Below, piece after piece: positions 44,919-57,683 of a stretch of 64,000 nt of DNA. Under the pieces are notes generated by a model. The model saw only the letters and a program-made list of their open reading frames with translations, had not been told where the DNA came from and did no database searches. Each line of letters starts with the position of its first letter. Position 1 is the stretch's first letter. The stretch lies in assembly GCA_964016885.1 (NCBI GenBank), contig OZ024740.1:375720001-375784000 (forward strand). Direction: 5' to 3'. Both the position numbers and the translations under genes were made by a program. The DNA is from Eledone cirrhosa (taxonomy: Eukaryota).

Positions 44919-45164
44919 TTTTGAGATAGAGCGTCTGTGATGTTTGCTCTAATCTGATTAGTTTTGGAAATTCTACCTGTTTTCATGTGAAAAAAGTGGC
45001 TCCAGCGGTATAAAAATAAGTTTCGCGCCAATTCGTATTGCAAAAATTATTTTGGTCAATACAATTTTGATTGGTCGGTAGAGGTCATTTGAATGTTAAA
45101 AATTGATTTTGCGCCAAATGTAGGTTTGTGTCGGCTGATTGAGAAGTCACTGAAAAATAAGTCT

Positions 45165-45340
45165 TTCAAAACAAATATGAGTGAACACATTGATACCTGT
45201 GCCGCCCAAAATCATCCCAACTTCAAAATCTTTCCCCTCTACAAATTTAAAGATAATGCCACCCACACCCAGCGCATCAGCAAGGAATCTTACTTTATTA
45301 ACAAATACGGACCCCGTCTAAACACTTCTCCCTATACTTT
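45165..45340 (+). pseudogene. PLE GIY-YIG C-terminal remnant
   Basis: [33 protein letters not shown] (E..FI..Y.P.LN motif). Confidence 0.6.
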
Positions 45341-45442
<102 letters not shown>

Positions 45443-45596
45443 GTTTCGTTGACAAATATATCAATATGCCCAGACATGCAGATATATTGCCTTTGGTATG
45501 GCAGTGTGGTTTTAGCTCAATGTAGGATAACTAATATACTACAGAGCCGTTATAGTGATAGAAATAACCAAAGAGTGCCTAGAAATACATTGTTTT

Positions 45597-45649
45597 ATTA
45601 GCTAACAGTGTTTCATCCATATCCCATGGCAGGTATCATCAGAGCCTAT
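45597..45649 (-). ncRNA. Type-I hammerhead (family B)
   Basis: GGCU CUGAUGA UACCUGCCAUGGGAUAUGGAU GAAA CACUG UU AGCU. Confidence 0.7.
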
Positions 45650-48600
45650 AAACAAGATTATATCAGTAGTTGTATGCTCCATTGAGCTGCGTCGCCAGAA
45701 CAAGGTTAAAGGACCAGCAGGGGGGTCCCGAGTCCAGTGCCATATGGAAAAAGACAGAATACATGATGCACATAATGTCATAAAATGTCTTTAAACATTT
45801 TTAAATTCCAGCAAAAATGTATCACTTAAATGGTGCAATAGATGATAAAGAGGTTGGGAGAGGGTACCAACGGATGAGTGAGGGTATTACTCAGCATGAT
45901 CAGAAACAATAATAAAATAATAAAAAAAATAATAAAAAAGTACAAAAATACAGGGATAACAAAAGAGATAAATATAAAATACAAAACAATAAAGGAACAA
46001 AAAGCCCGGAAAGCCCCCAAAATATAAGACAAAGCAGAGCGTAGATACATCAAAGCACAAGCAGTGCAAAAACAGAGTGTACAGGCAGATGAAGAGAGTT
46101 TGCAAGCATATGTCTGTGAAAAGAATATTTGGTTAGTAGTGGTGCACCTTACATGTATGCTAGTTCATATGAGGGATGGTGTACTCCAATTATATCGCCT
46201 TGTAACAGGTCGATTCTCCTTATCATATCCGCACCCTACGAACCACATCGATATGTTCCAGTTCCGAACGTTAAGTGAGATAACACTATTTTTCCAAAAC
46301 CTATACCCAGGGGATTTATGACCATAGGCGGTCTGGGATATACACCTAAAATCTAAAATAAAAAAGAAAGAAAGTACGACGAGTTAAAGAAATGTATGGT
46401 ACATATACAGCCGGCACACATGTGAGGAAATTGAAAACACGCCAGGTCCGCAGGAACTGACATTCCACAAAATCCTCACGTTCGGTCACTCAATCCAACG
46501 TGCCAGGTGAAATTCACTATATGTCCAAGCTGGCGTTCAACCAATGTATCGTACCGCATACAACTATACCACAGTAAATACAAATCGTGATGGCTCTCCC
46601 GTTGCATATAGAGAAAAAGTGTATATAGGAAACTCCTCTTCCAGAATCACATATGGCAGAATGAGCAGATATTGTTATAATAATAGGCGGGTTTATTATA
46701 TTGAGTGCAAATTTCTGTAGAATATATAGATATATATAGAAGAGAGAACTCACAGTCAAACCTGTCAATGACAGCTATGTTATTTATATGGTCGCCACGT
46801 GGTTTTCGTTTAGATTATTGACTCCTGAGGTTGCAATCCATTCACAGTCGGGTGTGAGCCTCCTGGGTCGGCGGGAGTTCAATATCCATTGCTGCACTTT
46901 GCCTTGAGTGTGGTTCTATAATTCATCAAATCTGGATCACAATTCATATTCAACTAACTCCAACTTTCAAAGATTAGTCTCTCGCTAGTAACACATAACG
47001 GTAGTCCGAATATAAACACAGGAAGTCGTAGTGTATCCATGAAAGGTATGGGAGGCAATTCGTGTCATAAAGGCCGGATTCATTAGGTATCCAACGGGAT
47101 GCTAGGGGCGAGTCTTTTGTTTGATGCGAAGCCCTCTGCGATCAACCACCCCTTCCCCCTGGGGCTTAGTCGATTCAGCGGCGCCTAGCTCACGTGATGT
47201 ACAACTATAGTTCACTATACTAGGTTAGATCTATTACACACTTTAGGGTTAAGGTTAACTAGACCCCGGGTGCCCAATTCACCCGCTTTATAGCTGCAGC
47301 GGGGTTTTCTGGGCTTTCGACAGACTATTGTGCTGGGCTATCAGTTAACGCACAATGGGTGTGTTTATAAACCATACTAGCATGGTTAGTGTGGGTATCT
47401 ACCTATATAGGGTCAAACTGTGCTAGGTATAGTGAAAAGCCTTACGTAAGTTCTACCCCAGGGTTCTTGGCTTGTGGTCCAATAAGATGAACTAGGGAAG
47501 AAAGGAAGAAAAGTAAGAGAGGGGAGAGAAGAGAAGAGGTATTAGAGTAGTCTATATATACCTGAAGGGCAGTCATCGTCACAAAGGAACCAGGATGCAG
47601 TACGGCGTGGCTTTACGTAGCCCAGACAGGACGGAGGTATGCAAGTCCTACACCGTTAGCTAATTGGTCTAAAATGATAGGAGCTAAGATTTATATGCGG
47701 GCAAGAAGAGAATATCTCCGACTTCCTAATTAGCAGGTTCAGTTTGGAGTGTATTATCGCGTGTGATTCAGAGAGACAAAGGTCACAGGTCTTGTTAGGG
47801 GTCTGTACTGCGATGATTTAGTGATGAATCTCCAATCAAGCGTGTATAGAATATCAGTGTTCTTCTGGAGGGATATGTAACTAGCTAGGGATGTAGTATT
47901 CTTAAGTCTATCATGTCTAAATGTATAGCGATGGGAGTTGTATCTAGTCTTAAAGGGGGGTCGATGTAGACCCTATCTATGTTTTGGAGGAGGTCTGAGT
48001 TGTAATATCACATGCGTAGACAATATTGTATATAAGGCAGTGTCCCTTTAGGGGGCACTCCGCCTTTCGTCTGCAGTTACATTTACGGTGTATGTGAGTC
48101 TGCGACACACAAGATGTTTGGTTTTCCGTGCGTTCCAGATTTGGAAACCGTACATCAGATGTGTTGATAGTATTGCTGGGTGACGCCGCATCAGATCCAT
48201 CTAGTGGTTGCGGGTGTGCCGCAGCTGCAATGGTATCGAAACCCTTTTAATTTTGTTGTTGTTCGTTATGGCTAGGTGACGAGCTAGATTTAGAGTAGTG
48301 GAGAATGATAGCTTAATTGCGTTTTTATTAATGATACTATGGTATTTACTAACATCCAAGATCGAGAAGAATGCCTTTGGTATATTGCTTGATACCTCCG
48401 AGTTGTAAGGTGGGTTAAAGTTGGAATTAGAACTTCGTCTATTTTTCCTATTTTACGTACTAGGGGAAGAGTTGGCCCTTGGCATAGACAATCCATCTTC
48501 CGTGGCATCATCTATTCCGTATCATCTATTGCACCATTTAAGTGATACATTTTTGGTGTAATTTTTAAATTTTTAAAGACATTTTATGACATTATGTGCA

Positions 48601-48715
48601 TAATGTATTCTGTCTTTTTCCATAGCGCTGGCCTCGGTATCCCCCTGCTGCTGATTTAACATTCTTCTGGTGTCGCAGCTCGATGGAGCATGCAACTACT
48701 GATATACTCTTGTTT

Positions 48716-48768
48716 ATAGGCTCTGATGATTCCTGACATGGGGTATGGATGAAAAACTGTTAGCTAAT
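48716..48768 (+). ncRNA. Type-I hammerhead (family B), stem III mutated
   Basis: CTGATGA 48723-48729, GAAA 48751-48754. Confidence 0.65.
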
Positions 48769-48835
48769 AAAACAATGTACCTCTAAGCACTCTTTGGTTA
48801 TTTCTATAACTATATATATATATATATATATATAT

Positions 48836-48870
48836 ACGATGCTGACGATAGCTTGAAACTAGTATATCGT
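48836..48870 (+). ncRNA. 35-nt minimal type-I hammerhead (family D)
   Basis: ACGATG CTGACGA TAGCTT GAAA CTAG TA TATCGT. Confidence 0.8.
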
Positions 48871-48978
48871 TCCTGTGTCAGTGTTGAACAAAAAGGCGAC
48901 GATGGTTTCCTGAACACCCTACGGCGTAATTCGGGCTGTTTGAACATTATAATAAATGTTCGGTAAACCCATAAGTAC

Positions 48979-49009
<31 letters not shown>

Positions 49010-49094
49010 CATGTATGTATATATATACATACTAATGTACGTCTGTATACATATATACATAAGAGTGAGAAATGAAATTTCGTTTCATTCTTTT

Positions 49095-49149
<55 letters not shown>

Positions 49150-49159
49150 AACCAGTAAG

Positions 49160-49253
49160 ACCCCGACAGCTGAGCTCAAGCCGTTTCGACGGCTAATTCT
49201 GGACTAAATGAAAATTTATCCTGGTATTTAAATAGCCGATCTTCTCAAGGGGT
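49160..49253 (-). ncRNA. Type-I hammerhead with U3-A8 core (family A)
   Basis: Reverse complement of 54691-54784. Confidence 0.8.
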
Positions 49254-50372
49254 AATTCCATATATGGTCAAAGTGATTGTCAAAAATCAGTAGTAATTCT
49301 GTGGTTGCAAATTAGTAGGGGAGATGGTGGCTAAACCTGCCAGTAGGAGAAAGAGGGGAGGGGGTGGAGTAGCCCCAATCAAGCGTTTGTAGTGCCAGCT
49401 ACAGCTGGGCATGAGGTCAAAGAAGATACAGGGGAGGGGGGGGAAGTCGGAACGGTAGGTAGAACAATGGGGGGTAGAAATATATAGGAAAGAAAAAATA
49501 CTGAGAGTGAAGAAAAGCAAATAAGTGTAAAGAAAAACAAATGAGTGTAAAGAAAAAAGGAAAGTAAATTAAATTCTACGACCTAGGTCTCAGGCTATTG
49601 TTAGGCTAGAATAAATAAATAAATAAAGAAAGAAAGAAGTAAAGAAAGAAATAAAGAAATAACGAAATAAGTAAAAGAACTAGCTGGGACGGTATAGGCG
49701 AGGACCCTTTTAAGAGGTATAAGTACGTAAATGATACGATGACGGGTCAACAAAAGGGGCCAAAATACTAAAGAGACTACCACGAAATAAACAATAAAGG
49801 TTTCCATCCCGGGCACAATTCCAGCAACCACCCAGTGCAGCAAAGTGAACTAATACGAGATAATAATTCTGAGTCCCGAGAAAAATATATACTAATGCTA
49901 ACTCTAAAAGATCTAAAACAAGCTACATGAAAGTTCGTACGAAGTAAAGGTAGAATACGGAAGAATAAATTCAGAATCCACCCCGCCCAAAAGAAAAGCG
50001 AAGAAAGAAATACTGAAACGAAAAAATAAGGCATAAGTGCCACTAAGAAATATAGAGGGCACAGGGAATAGTGGGAGCGGTCGGAAAAAGGGGACAAGTA
50101 TCCGGGGTCTAAACCAACTGTTATAAAGGGCGGAGTCCGCCAAATCTATCCTAGACTAGGGGAGGGGGTGGGGTACTAAGGCTACAAGGGGCCAAAGGGC
50201 AGCCTCGGGTGGGCGAGAAAAGACGCCGACAAAGGAGAAGAGCTGGGGTAGAAGGACTAAGGAGAGAGGGGGGAAGGAAGGAAATAAAGGAAGCGATAAA
50301 AGAATACAAAGAAGATCTTACGTCTCCCTTGGCAAGCAGGGGTTACCCATTGCAAAATCGGCAAGTGGGGTG

Positions 50373-52538
50373 TTATAGCCCTAGTCTACCCCCCGGGTCA
50401 TTAAGGGGTTTGAGGGCGAGGTAAGTCCTACGCAATCTATGTTTACATGCAGTAACCAGTTCATCTTTCTTGTTTAGGAGTTGGTCCGTCGAAAACAGCA
50501 TTTGTAAAGTTTCCTCCGAGCATAATTTGCACGGACGGCGTCCTCCCGTGTAAGAATTGGCTCTGGACAGTAATCTCCAAGTGAGATCATAGGTGATGTT
50601 GTTGTCCCTGAGGTCCCATATGTGGTCCGAAAGTGTAGTGGCGTGACGCCGGGCCGGGTTTCGGAAGGTATGTCTATGTTGGTATAGTCGGGTCTTGAAG
50701 TCACATGCGGTAAGTCCTATATAGGCTTTGTTGGAGGTATCCGTCCTCACGTTGCACTGGTAGATCACATTACGGTCTCTGCATCTATTGTCGAGTGGGC
50801 AAATAGATCTATCCGGGCAGTTACACCTCCTGGTCGGTTCTCCACTGCTATTTAGGTTATTTCTGCCATCGGGGTTGAGTTTTTTGTTGTTAGAGGAGAC
50901 GATGTTTTGTGCGAAGTTTGGTGTAGTGCTGTAAGAGAGTTTGATGGTATTTTTGTTAATTATGTTGGGGTAGCGGTGTTGTAATGGGAAGTGTTTTTCA
51001 ATGAGCCTAAAGAATAGTTTCCCGGTGGGAGTTGTCACCTCTGCGTTGTGGGGAGGATTGAACCATGTTACATTGCGTGAGCGGCGGTGTCTCCTGCTGG
51101 TTCCGCTAATGGGAGCTGGACAGTAGGATATTTCCTCCCGGAAACCACTCCGCTTGAGGGCCTGGTTGTAATAAGGCGCATGTTCATCGAATATCCGCTC
51201 ATTAGCTGACAAACGGGATATGCGGAGGGAGATGTTTTTGACCAGGTTGTTTGTGATGTTCCTAGGATGGTTTGATCGGCGGTGGATGTAGTGCAGATTG
51301 TCATTAGGTTTCCTGTATGGGTAGTACAGGTCATTTTCGAGGTCGAGGGTCACGTCCAGGAAGTTTACTCTGGTCAGGGAGGTTTGTAGGGTTATTTTAA
51401 ATCCCCAGTCGCGGAAGAATCTGATTAATTGTTTCCGGACCCGATCTGTACTACTGGGGTTGTACCCTTTAAGGGTAAGGAGCCCATCATCACGGTACAA
51501 TCCACCACCGAATGCAGGAAACATATCAGTGAGTTTGGCTATTAGGAATAATCCTATAAGATCTGTGACCTCCGCCGAATCCGTGGCGCCCATGCTGACG
51601 TCGAAGGGTGAGTCGGGAGCTCTTTTTATCCATTTAGAGTCGTCAAAGAGAAGGACTGTCTTCCTGGCGTGGAGGATGATTTTTCTTTCCTGGTCGGTAA
51701 TGGGCACAAGTGTTTCGGCGAAGTCCAAGGCGGCAGTAAGTAGCGGTAAGGTGATTGAAGCATAGTAGCTCTCTATGTCGAACTGTATGAATTTAGTTTC
51801 TCGTTTATCCTCCATATTGCTGAACCAGGAGATAACTTCCTGGGTGTTGATCCATAGGCTAAGTCGGGTGTGTTGCTTGACTTTTGGTATCACGCGGTCT
51901 AGGATTTTTTTGCTGATTCTCCCTATGTCGGACTTCGTTGGGTTAATAAGCCTGATAGAGGCTTTACGGTCAAAATCGGATTTATGGTCCTTCAGTGTGA
52001 AGTATGGTGTCCGTGGGTCTAGAGGTTCCGTGCGGTCGGCGACCCCGAGGCTGGAGGTGATTTGTTCTCCATCTCGATTTATGTCCTCGATGCAAGAGTG
52101 GTTGGCCTTTTTATAGGTGGAGTTTAGGCTGCTCCTGATCAGTGTGTGGTATCTGTCAGGGTTGACAAAGTATAGGTTCCCAGTTTTATCCGAATGCACC
52201 ATGATGTCATTTGTGTTATCATACTCTGTTAGGTTGCTACGGAGTTTTTGTAGGAATCGGTTGTGTCTGGGTTTAAATTTAATGTTCTTGACCAGTTGGA
52301 AGAGGTCATTCTCGAAGGGTGCGAGCAAGGGGTTCAGGGGCGGAGATTTGTAGGTAATAAATCCGAATCTCTCCTTGGTGCCGAAGTCTTGGTTGTCGCA
52401 ATATCTGTCATAGAAAAAAGTTCTCCATCTAAGTCTTTTCGCAAATAGATCGATTTTTTGCGTGAGCATCCGAAGGTAAAGTTTTTTCGGTGGGATTGGG
52501 ATGTTCTTGGTAGAGAAGTCAATGTTGTGTTTTCGCAT
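50373..52538 (-). CDS. PLE reverse transcriptase + C-terminal GIY-YIG endonuclease (721 aa from the first ATG)
   Basis: Uninterrupted ORF: RLRW, SDKTG, LKDHK, FIQFDIESYY, SMGA, LYRDD, FLDVTL, CNCPDRSIC (CxCx5C), NVIYQC..AYIGLT, CKLC.EE, LLNKK..CKH. Confidence 0.95.
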   Translation of the reverse strand: MRKHNIDFSTKNIPIPPKKLYLRMLTQKIDLFAKRLRWRTFFYDRYCDNQDFGTKERFGFITYKSPPLNPLLAPFENDLFQLVKNIKFKPRHNRFLQKLRSNLTEYDNTNDIMVHSDKTGNLYFVNPDRYHTLIRSSLNSTYKKANHSCIEDINRDGEQITSSLGVADRTEPLDPRTPYFTLKDHKSDFDRKASIRLINPTKSDIGRISKKILDRVIPKVKQHTRLSLWINTQEVISWFSNMEDKRETKFIQFDIESYYASITLPLLTAALDFAETLVPITDQERKIILHARKTVLLFDDSKWIKRAPDSPFDVSMGATDSAEVTDLIGLFLIAKLTDMFPAFGGGLYRDDGLLTLKGYNPSSTDRVRKQLIRFFRDWGFKITLQTSLTRVNFLDVTLDLENDLYYPYRKPNDNLHYIHRRSNHPRNITNNLVKNISLRISRLSANERIFDEHAPYYNQALKRSGFREEISYCPAPISGTSRRHRRSRNVTWFNPPHNAEVTTPTGKLFFRLIEKHFPLQHRYPNIINKNTIKLSYSTTPNFAQNIVSSNNKKLNPDGRNNLNSSGEPTRRCNCPDRSICPLDNRCRDRNVIYQCNVRTDTSNKAYIGLTACDFKTRLYQHRHTFRNPARRHATTLSDHIWDLRDNNITYDLTWRLLSRANSYTGGRRPCKLCSEETLQMLFSTDQLLNKKDELVTACKHRLRRTYLALKPLNDPGGRLGL

Positions 52539-52723
52539 GGTGCGGGTGAAATGAATTGAGCTTAGCGGAAAAGTCTGGATACGGCGTGGTAAGGTCGGAA
52601 AGTGCTCTACTACGGGGGTAGGAGCTAGATAACGAAGGAAATGTGGTAAGGAACCAGGTGGACCATAACGCACCAAAGTACTCAATACTTGAGGTAGTAG
52701 AGTGGGTAATAGGAACCAGTAAG

Positions 52724-52818
52724 ACCCCGACAGCTGAGCTCAAGCCGTTTCGACGACCTAATTCTGGACTAAATGAAAATTTATCCTGGTATTTAAATAG
52801 CCGATCTTCTCAAGGGGT
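52724..52818 (-). ncRNA. Type-I hammerhead with U3-A8 core (family A), stem II partly disrupted
   Basis: Same motif, with plus-strand GACGACCTA in place of GACGGCTA. Confidence 0.7.
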
Positions 52819-54690
52819 AATTCCATATATGGTCAAAGTGATTGTCAAAAATCAGTAGTAATTCTGTGGTTGCAAATTAGTAGGGGAGATGGTGGCTAAA
52901 CCTGCCAGTAGGAGAAAGAGGGGAGGGGGTGGAGTAGCCCCAATCAAGCGTTTGTAGTGCCAGCTACAGCTGGGCATGAGGTCAAAGAAGATACAGGGGA
53001 GGGGGAGGGGGAGGAAGTCGGAACGGTAGGTAGAACAATGGGGGGTAGAAATATATAGGAAAGAAAAAATACTGAGAGTGAAGAAAAGAAAATAAGTGTA
53101 AAGAAAAACAAATGAGTGTAAAGAAAAAAGTAAAGTAAATTAAATTCTACGACCTAGGTCTCAGGCTATTGTTAGGCTAGAATAAATAAATAAATAAATA
53201 AATAAACAAAGCCTATATAGGACTAACCGCATGTGACTTCAAGACCCGGCTATACCAACATAGACATACCTTCCGAAACCCGGCCCGGCGTCACGCCACT
53301 ACACTTTCGGGCCACATATGGGACCTCAAGGACAACAACATCACCTATGATCTCACTTGGAGATTACTGTCCAGAGCCAATTCTTACACGGGAGGACGCC
53401 GTCCGTGCAAATTATGCTCGGAGAAAACTTTACAAATGCTGTTTTCGATGGACCAACTCCTAAACAAGAAAGATGAACTGGTTACTGCATGTAAACATAG
53501 ATTGCGTAGGACTTACCTCGCCCTCAAACTCCATAATGACCCTGGGGGTAGACTAGGGCTATAACACCCCACTTGCCGATTTTGCAATGGGTAACCCCTG
53601 CTTGCCAAGGGAGACGTAAGATCTTCTTTGTATTCTTTTATCGCTTCCTTTATTTCCTTCCTTCCCCCTCTCTCCTTAGTCCTTCTACCCCAGCTCTTCT
53701 CCTTTGTCGGCGTCTTTTCTCGCCCACCCGAGGCTGCCCTTTGGCCCCTTGTAGCCTTAGTACCCCCACCACCCCCTCCCCTAGTCTAGGATAGATTTGG
53801 CGGACTCCGCCCTTTATAGCAGTTGGTTTAGACCCCGGATACTTGTCCCCTTTTTCCGACCGCTCCCACTATTCCCTGTGCCCTCTATATTTCTTAGTGG
53901 CACTTATGCCTTATTTTTTCGTTTCAGTATTTCTTTCTTCGCTTTTCTTTTGGGCGGGGTGGATTCTGAATTTATTCTTCCGTATTCTACCTTTACTTCG
54001 TACGAACTTTCATGTAGCTTGTTTTAGATCTTTTAGAGTTAGCATTAGTATATATTTTTCTCGGGACTCAGAATTATTATCTCGTATTAGTTCACTTTGC
54101 TGCACTGGGTGGTTGCTGGAATTGTGCCCGGGATGGAAACCTTTATTGTTTATTTCGCGGTAGTCTCTTTAGTATTTTGGCCCCTTTTGTTGTCCCGTCA
54201 CCGTATCATTTACGTACTTATACCTCTTAAAAGGGTCCTCGCCTATACCGTCCCACCTAGTTCTTTTACTTATTTCGTTATTTCTTTATTTCTTTCTTTA
54301 CTTCTTTCTTTCTTTATTTATTTATTTATTCTAGCCTAACAATAGCCTGAGACCTAGGTCGTAGAATTTAATTTACTTTACTTTTTTCTTTACACTCATT
54401 TGTTTTTCTTTACACTTATTTGCTTTTCTTCACTCTCAGTATTTTTTCTTTCCTATATATTTCTACCCCCCATTGTTCTACCTACCGTTCCGACTTCCTC
54501 CCCCCCCCTCCCCTGTATCTTCTTTGACCTCATGCCCAGCTGTAGCTGGCACTACAAACGCTTGATTGGGGCTACTCCACCCCCTCCCCTCTTTCTCCTA
54601 CTGGCAGGTTTAGCCACCATCTCCCCTACTAATTTGCAACCACAGAATTACTACTGATTTTTGACAATCACTTTGACCATATATGGAATT

Positions 54691-54784
54691 ACCCCTTGAG
54701 AAGATCGGCTATTTAAATACCAGGATAAATTTTCATTTAGTCCAGAATTAGCCGTCGAAACGGCTTGAGCTCAGCTGTCGGGGT
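54691..54784 (+). ncRNA. Type-I hammerhead with U3-A8 core (family A)
   Basis: ACCCC TTGAGAA(54696-702) GATCGGCTA..TAGCCGTC GAAA(54757-60) CGGCT-TGAGCTC-AGCTG TC| GGGGT. Confidence 0.85.
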
Positions 54785-55199
54785 CTTACTGGTTCCTATT
54801 ACCCACTCTACTACCTCAAGTATTGAGTACTTTGGTGCGTTATGGTCCACCTGGTTCCTTACCACATTTCCTTCGTTATATATATATATATATATATTAG
54901 AAAGTGAGGTTTTTTTTACAAAATGAAGAATAACCGAGGTGTCCTACACGAGTGAAAGTATAAAGAAAAAGAGATGAAATCGAAAATGCAACTGGAGTCT
55001 TATTTTTTTTTAAAATATATATATTTATTTGGTTCCTTTACCGGTTTCGCAGTTTATATATATATATATATACGTATGAAGGATAAACTCGCCAATTCTA
55101 GATTATAGCTAGGAGATAAGGCACATTCCCTTAATAATCACCCACTTGTTCTGACAGATTGAGCACAAAGATATAACTATGTTTGTCCATTTCCCCTGG

Positions 55200-55330
55200 A
55201 CCTACCCTATCATAGATAACTCTAAATACGAGATTATCTTGTACACCCGTCATACAATTTTCAGTTACAATGGATCACTCTGAGTCAAACGGTTCACCAG
55301 CTCACCTTTCGATGTGCAAATGAGATTTGT
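55200..55330 (+). pseudogene. Small decayed PLE RT fragment
   Basis: YEIILYTRHTIFSYNGSL*VKRFTSSPFDVQM aligns with RKIILHARKTVLLFDDSKWIKRAPDSPFDVSM of the intact ORF. Confidence 0.6.
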
Positions 55331-55966
55331 TTCACTGCAAATTTAATTAGAATTCAGAATCATTGAAACATTTTTAGTTATCTGTTCAAGATTTTCTATA
55401 CCTACTAAAGATGATCTTGTTTTATGTTATGAGTAAATAATATAAGACGGGGAAATTATGAAATCGTAGGACCAAAAATGGTTGTAGATGCTTATAGGTA
55501 AATGTTTCTGAAAATATGAAGCCGGCAATCTCTTCAATCATTTGTGATCAGAGCAAAGCTTCTCAGACTTTGAAATAGCAGAATCTGACGCTATAGCGCA
55601 ACTATATAGTACATGCGTGTCAGCATTTTTTTAGTAGCAATTTATAAAAAGCAGAATTAGCGGTGGTGGTGGAACGGAAGCAAGGTAACATTAAACAATT
55701 AATAATATTTGTATTGAGTACGCTAGGCGTCTGGGTGTAACGTTTCACTAAATCTGGCTTCTTCGGGCAAACTTGTATCAGTAGACTCTAACTAAATATG
55801 TATATAGTTGTGTCTAAGTAAATATATAGAAATATATAGTTGTTGGAGAAGCAAGATTGCAGACGTAAATAATGTTCTCATTTGTATATATATATATATA
55901 TATATATATGTACAAATGAGAACATTATTTACGTCTGCAATCTTTCTTCTCCAACAACTATACATA

Positions 55967-57137
<1,171 letters not shown>

Positions 57138-57187
57138 ATGCAAAAGTTCTATTTAAATTGTTGGGATACAACAAGCAAATATTATTA

Positions 57188-57370
57188 TGGTGGATTGGCT
57201 GTATCGGTGGAGGGTCGGACGCCATGCTTTCCAGTATAGTTACGTCCCTTTACGATCTGAGTCCAAATCCCGCCGAGGTTGACTTTGCCTTTTATCCTTA
57301 CGGGGTCGATAAAATAAAGTACCAGTAATGCACTGGTTAATTGCTGGCCTTGTGCCTAAAGTAGAAACAA
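57188..57370 (+). mobile_element. tRNA-derived Meta-like SINE nested in a family-C pseudo-LTR tail
   Basis: Full-length copy with TSD ATTATTAT; the flanks join to match 5166-5252 in reverse. Confidence 0.88.
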
Positions 57371-57458
57371 TTATTATAACTGATATAAAGCACTTGACAA
57401 ATATTTGGAGTAGATATACAATATTAATAAATGGAAACTATATTTATAAAACCATATT

Positions 57459-57523
57459 TATTTCATTATATATATTTCAAGGATACCAAGTTAAATCAGG
57501 GTATGCCTTCATCAGACAAAATA
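57459..57523 (-). ncRNA. Type-I hammerhead (family C)
   Basis: UAUUUUGU CUGAUGA AGGCAUACC-CUGAUUUAACUU-GGUAUCCUU GAAA UAUAUA UA AUGAAAUA. Confidence 0.8.
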
Positions 57524-57616
57524 CAATATATAACAGTTTTATAAATAGATATTGACGTACCCTTTCAAAAATGTGACCGTTGTTTTTGGAGGCCATCCGG
57601 ATAGCCTCCAAAAACA

Positions 57617-57681
<65 letters not shown>

Positions 57682-57683
<2 letters not shown>

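Larger units (their letters stand above)
45443..48812 (-). mobile_element. Hydra-type PLE (family B), 5'-truncated with inverted pseudo-LTR and long 3' UTR
   Basis: Minus ~47700-48090 reads CNCRRKAECPLKGHC..NIVYACDI..IGST..FKTRYNSHRYTF. 45552-45850 is inverted at 48520-48812. Confidence 0.85.
49145..54879 (-). mobile_element. Young full-length Penelope-like element (Hydra-type) with partial-tandem and inverted pseudo-LTRs
   Basis: 52709-~53200 repeats 49145-~49625, and 53205-54879 is a near-identical inverted copy of 49145-50731 plus an 80-bp tail. Inserted in (TA)n. Confidence 0.95.

Noticed and set aside
52539-52685. 49-aa N-terminal extension of the PLE ORF in the track
   Set aside because: Starts at TTG within the pseudo-LTR tail; the first ATG is at 52538 and the context is eukaryotic.
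54712-54795. Pseudoknot between loop II ACCAG and downstream CUGGU of the family A hammerhead
   Set aside because: Not preserved or covarying in the diverged copy at 43477-43570.
57580-57617. 14-bp perfect hairpin resembling a terminator
   Set aside because: Eukaryotic context; more likely a micro-inversion at an insertion junction.
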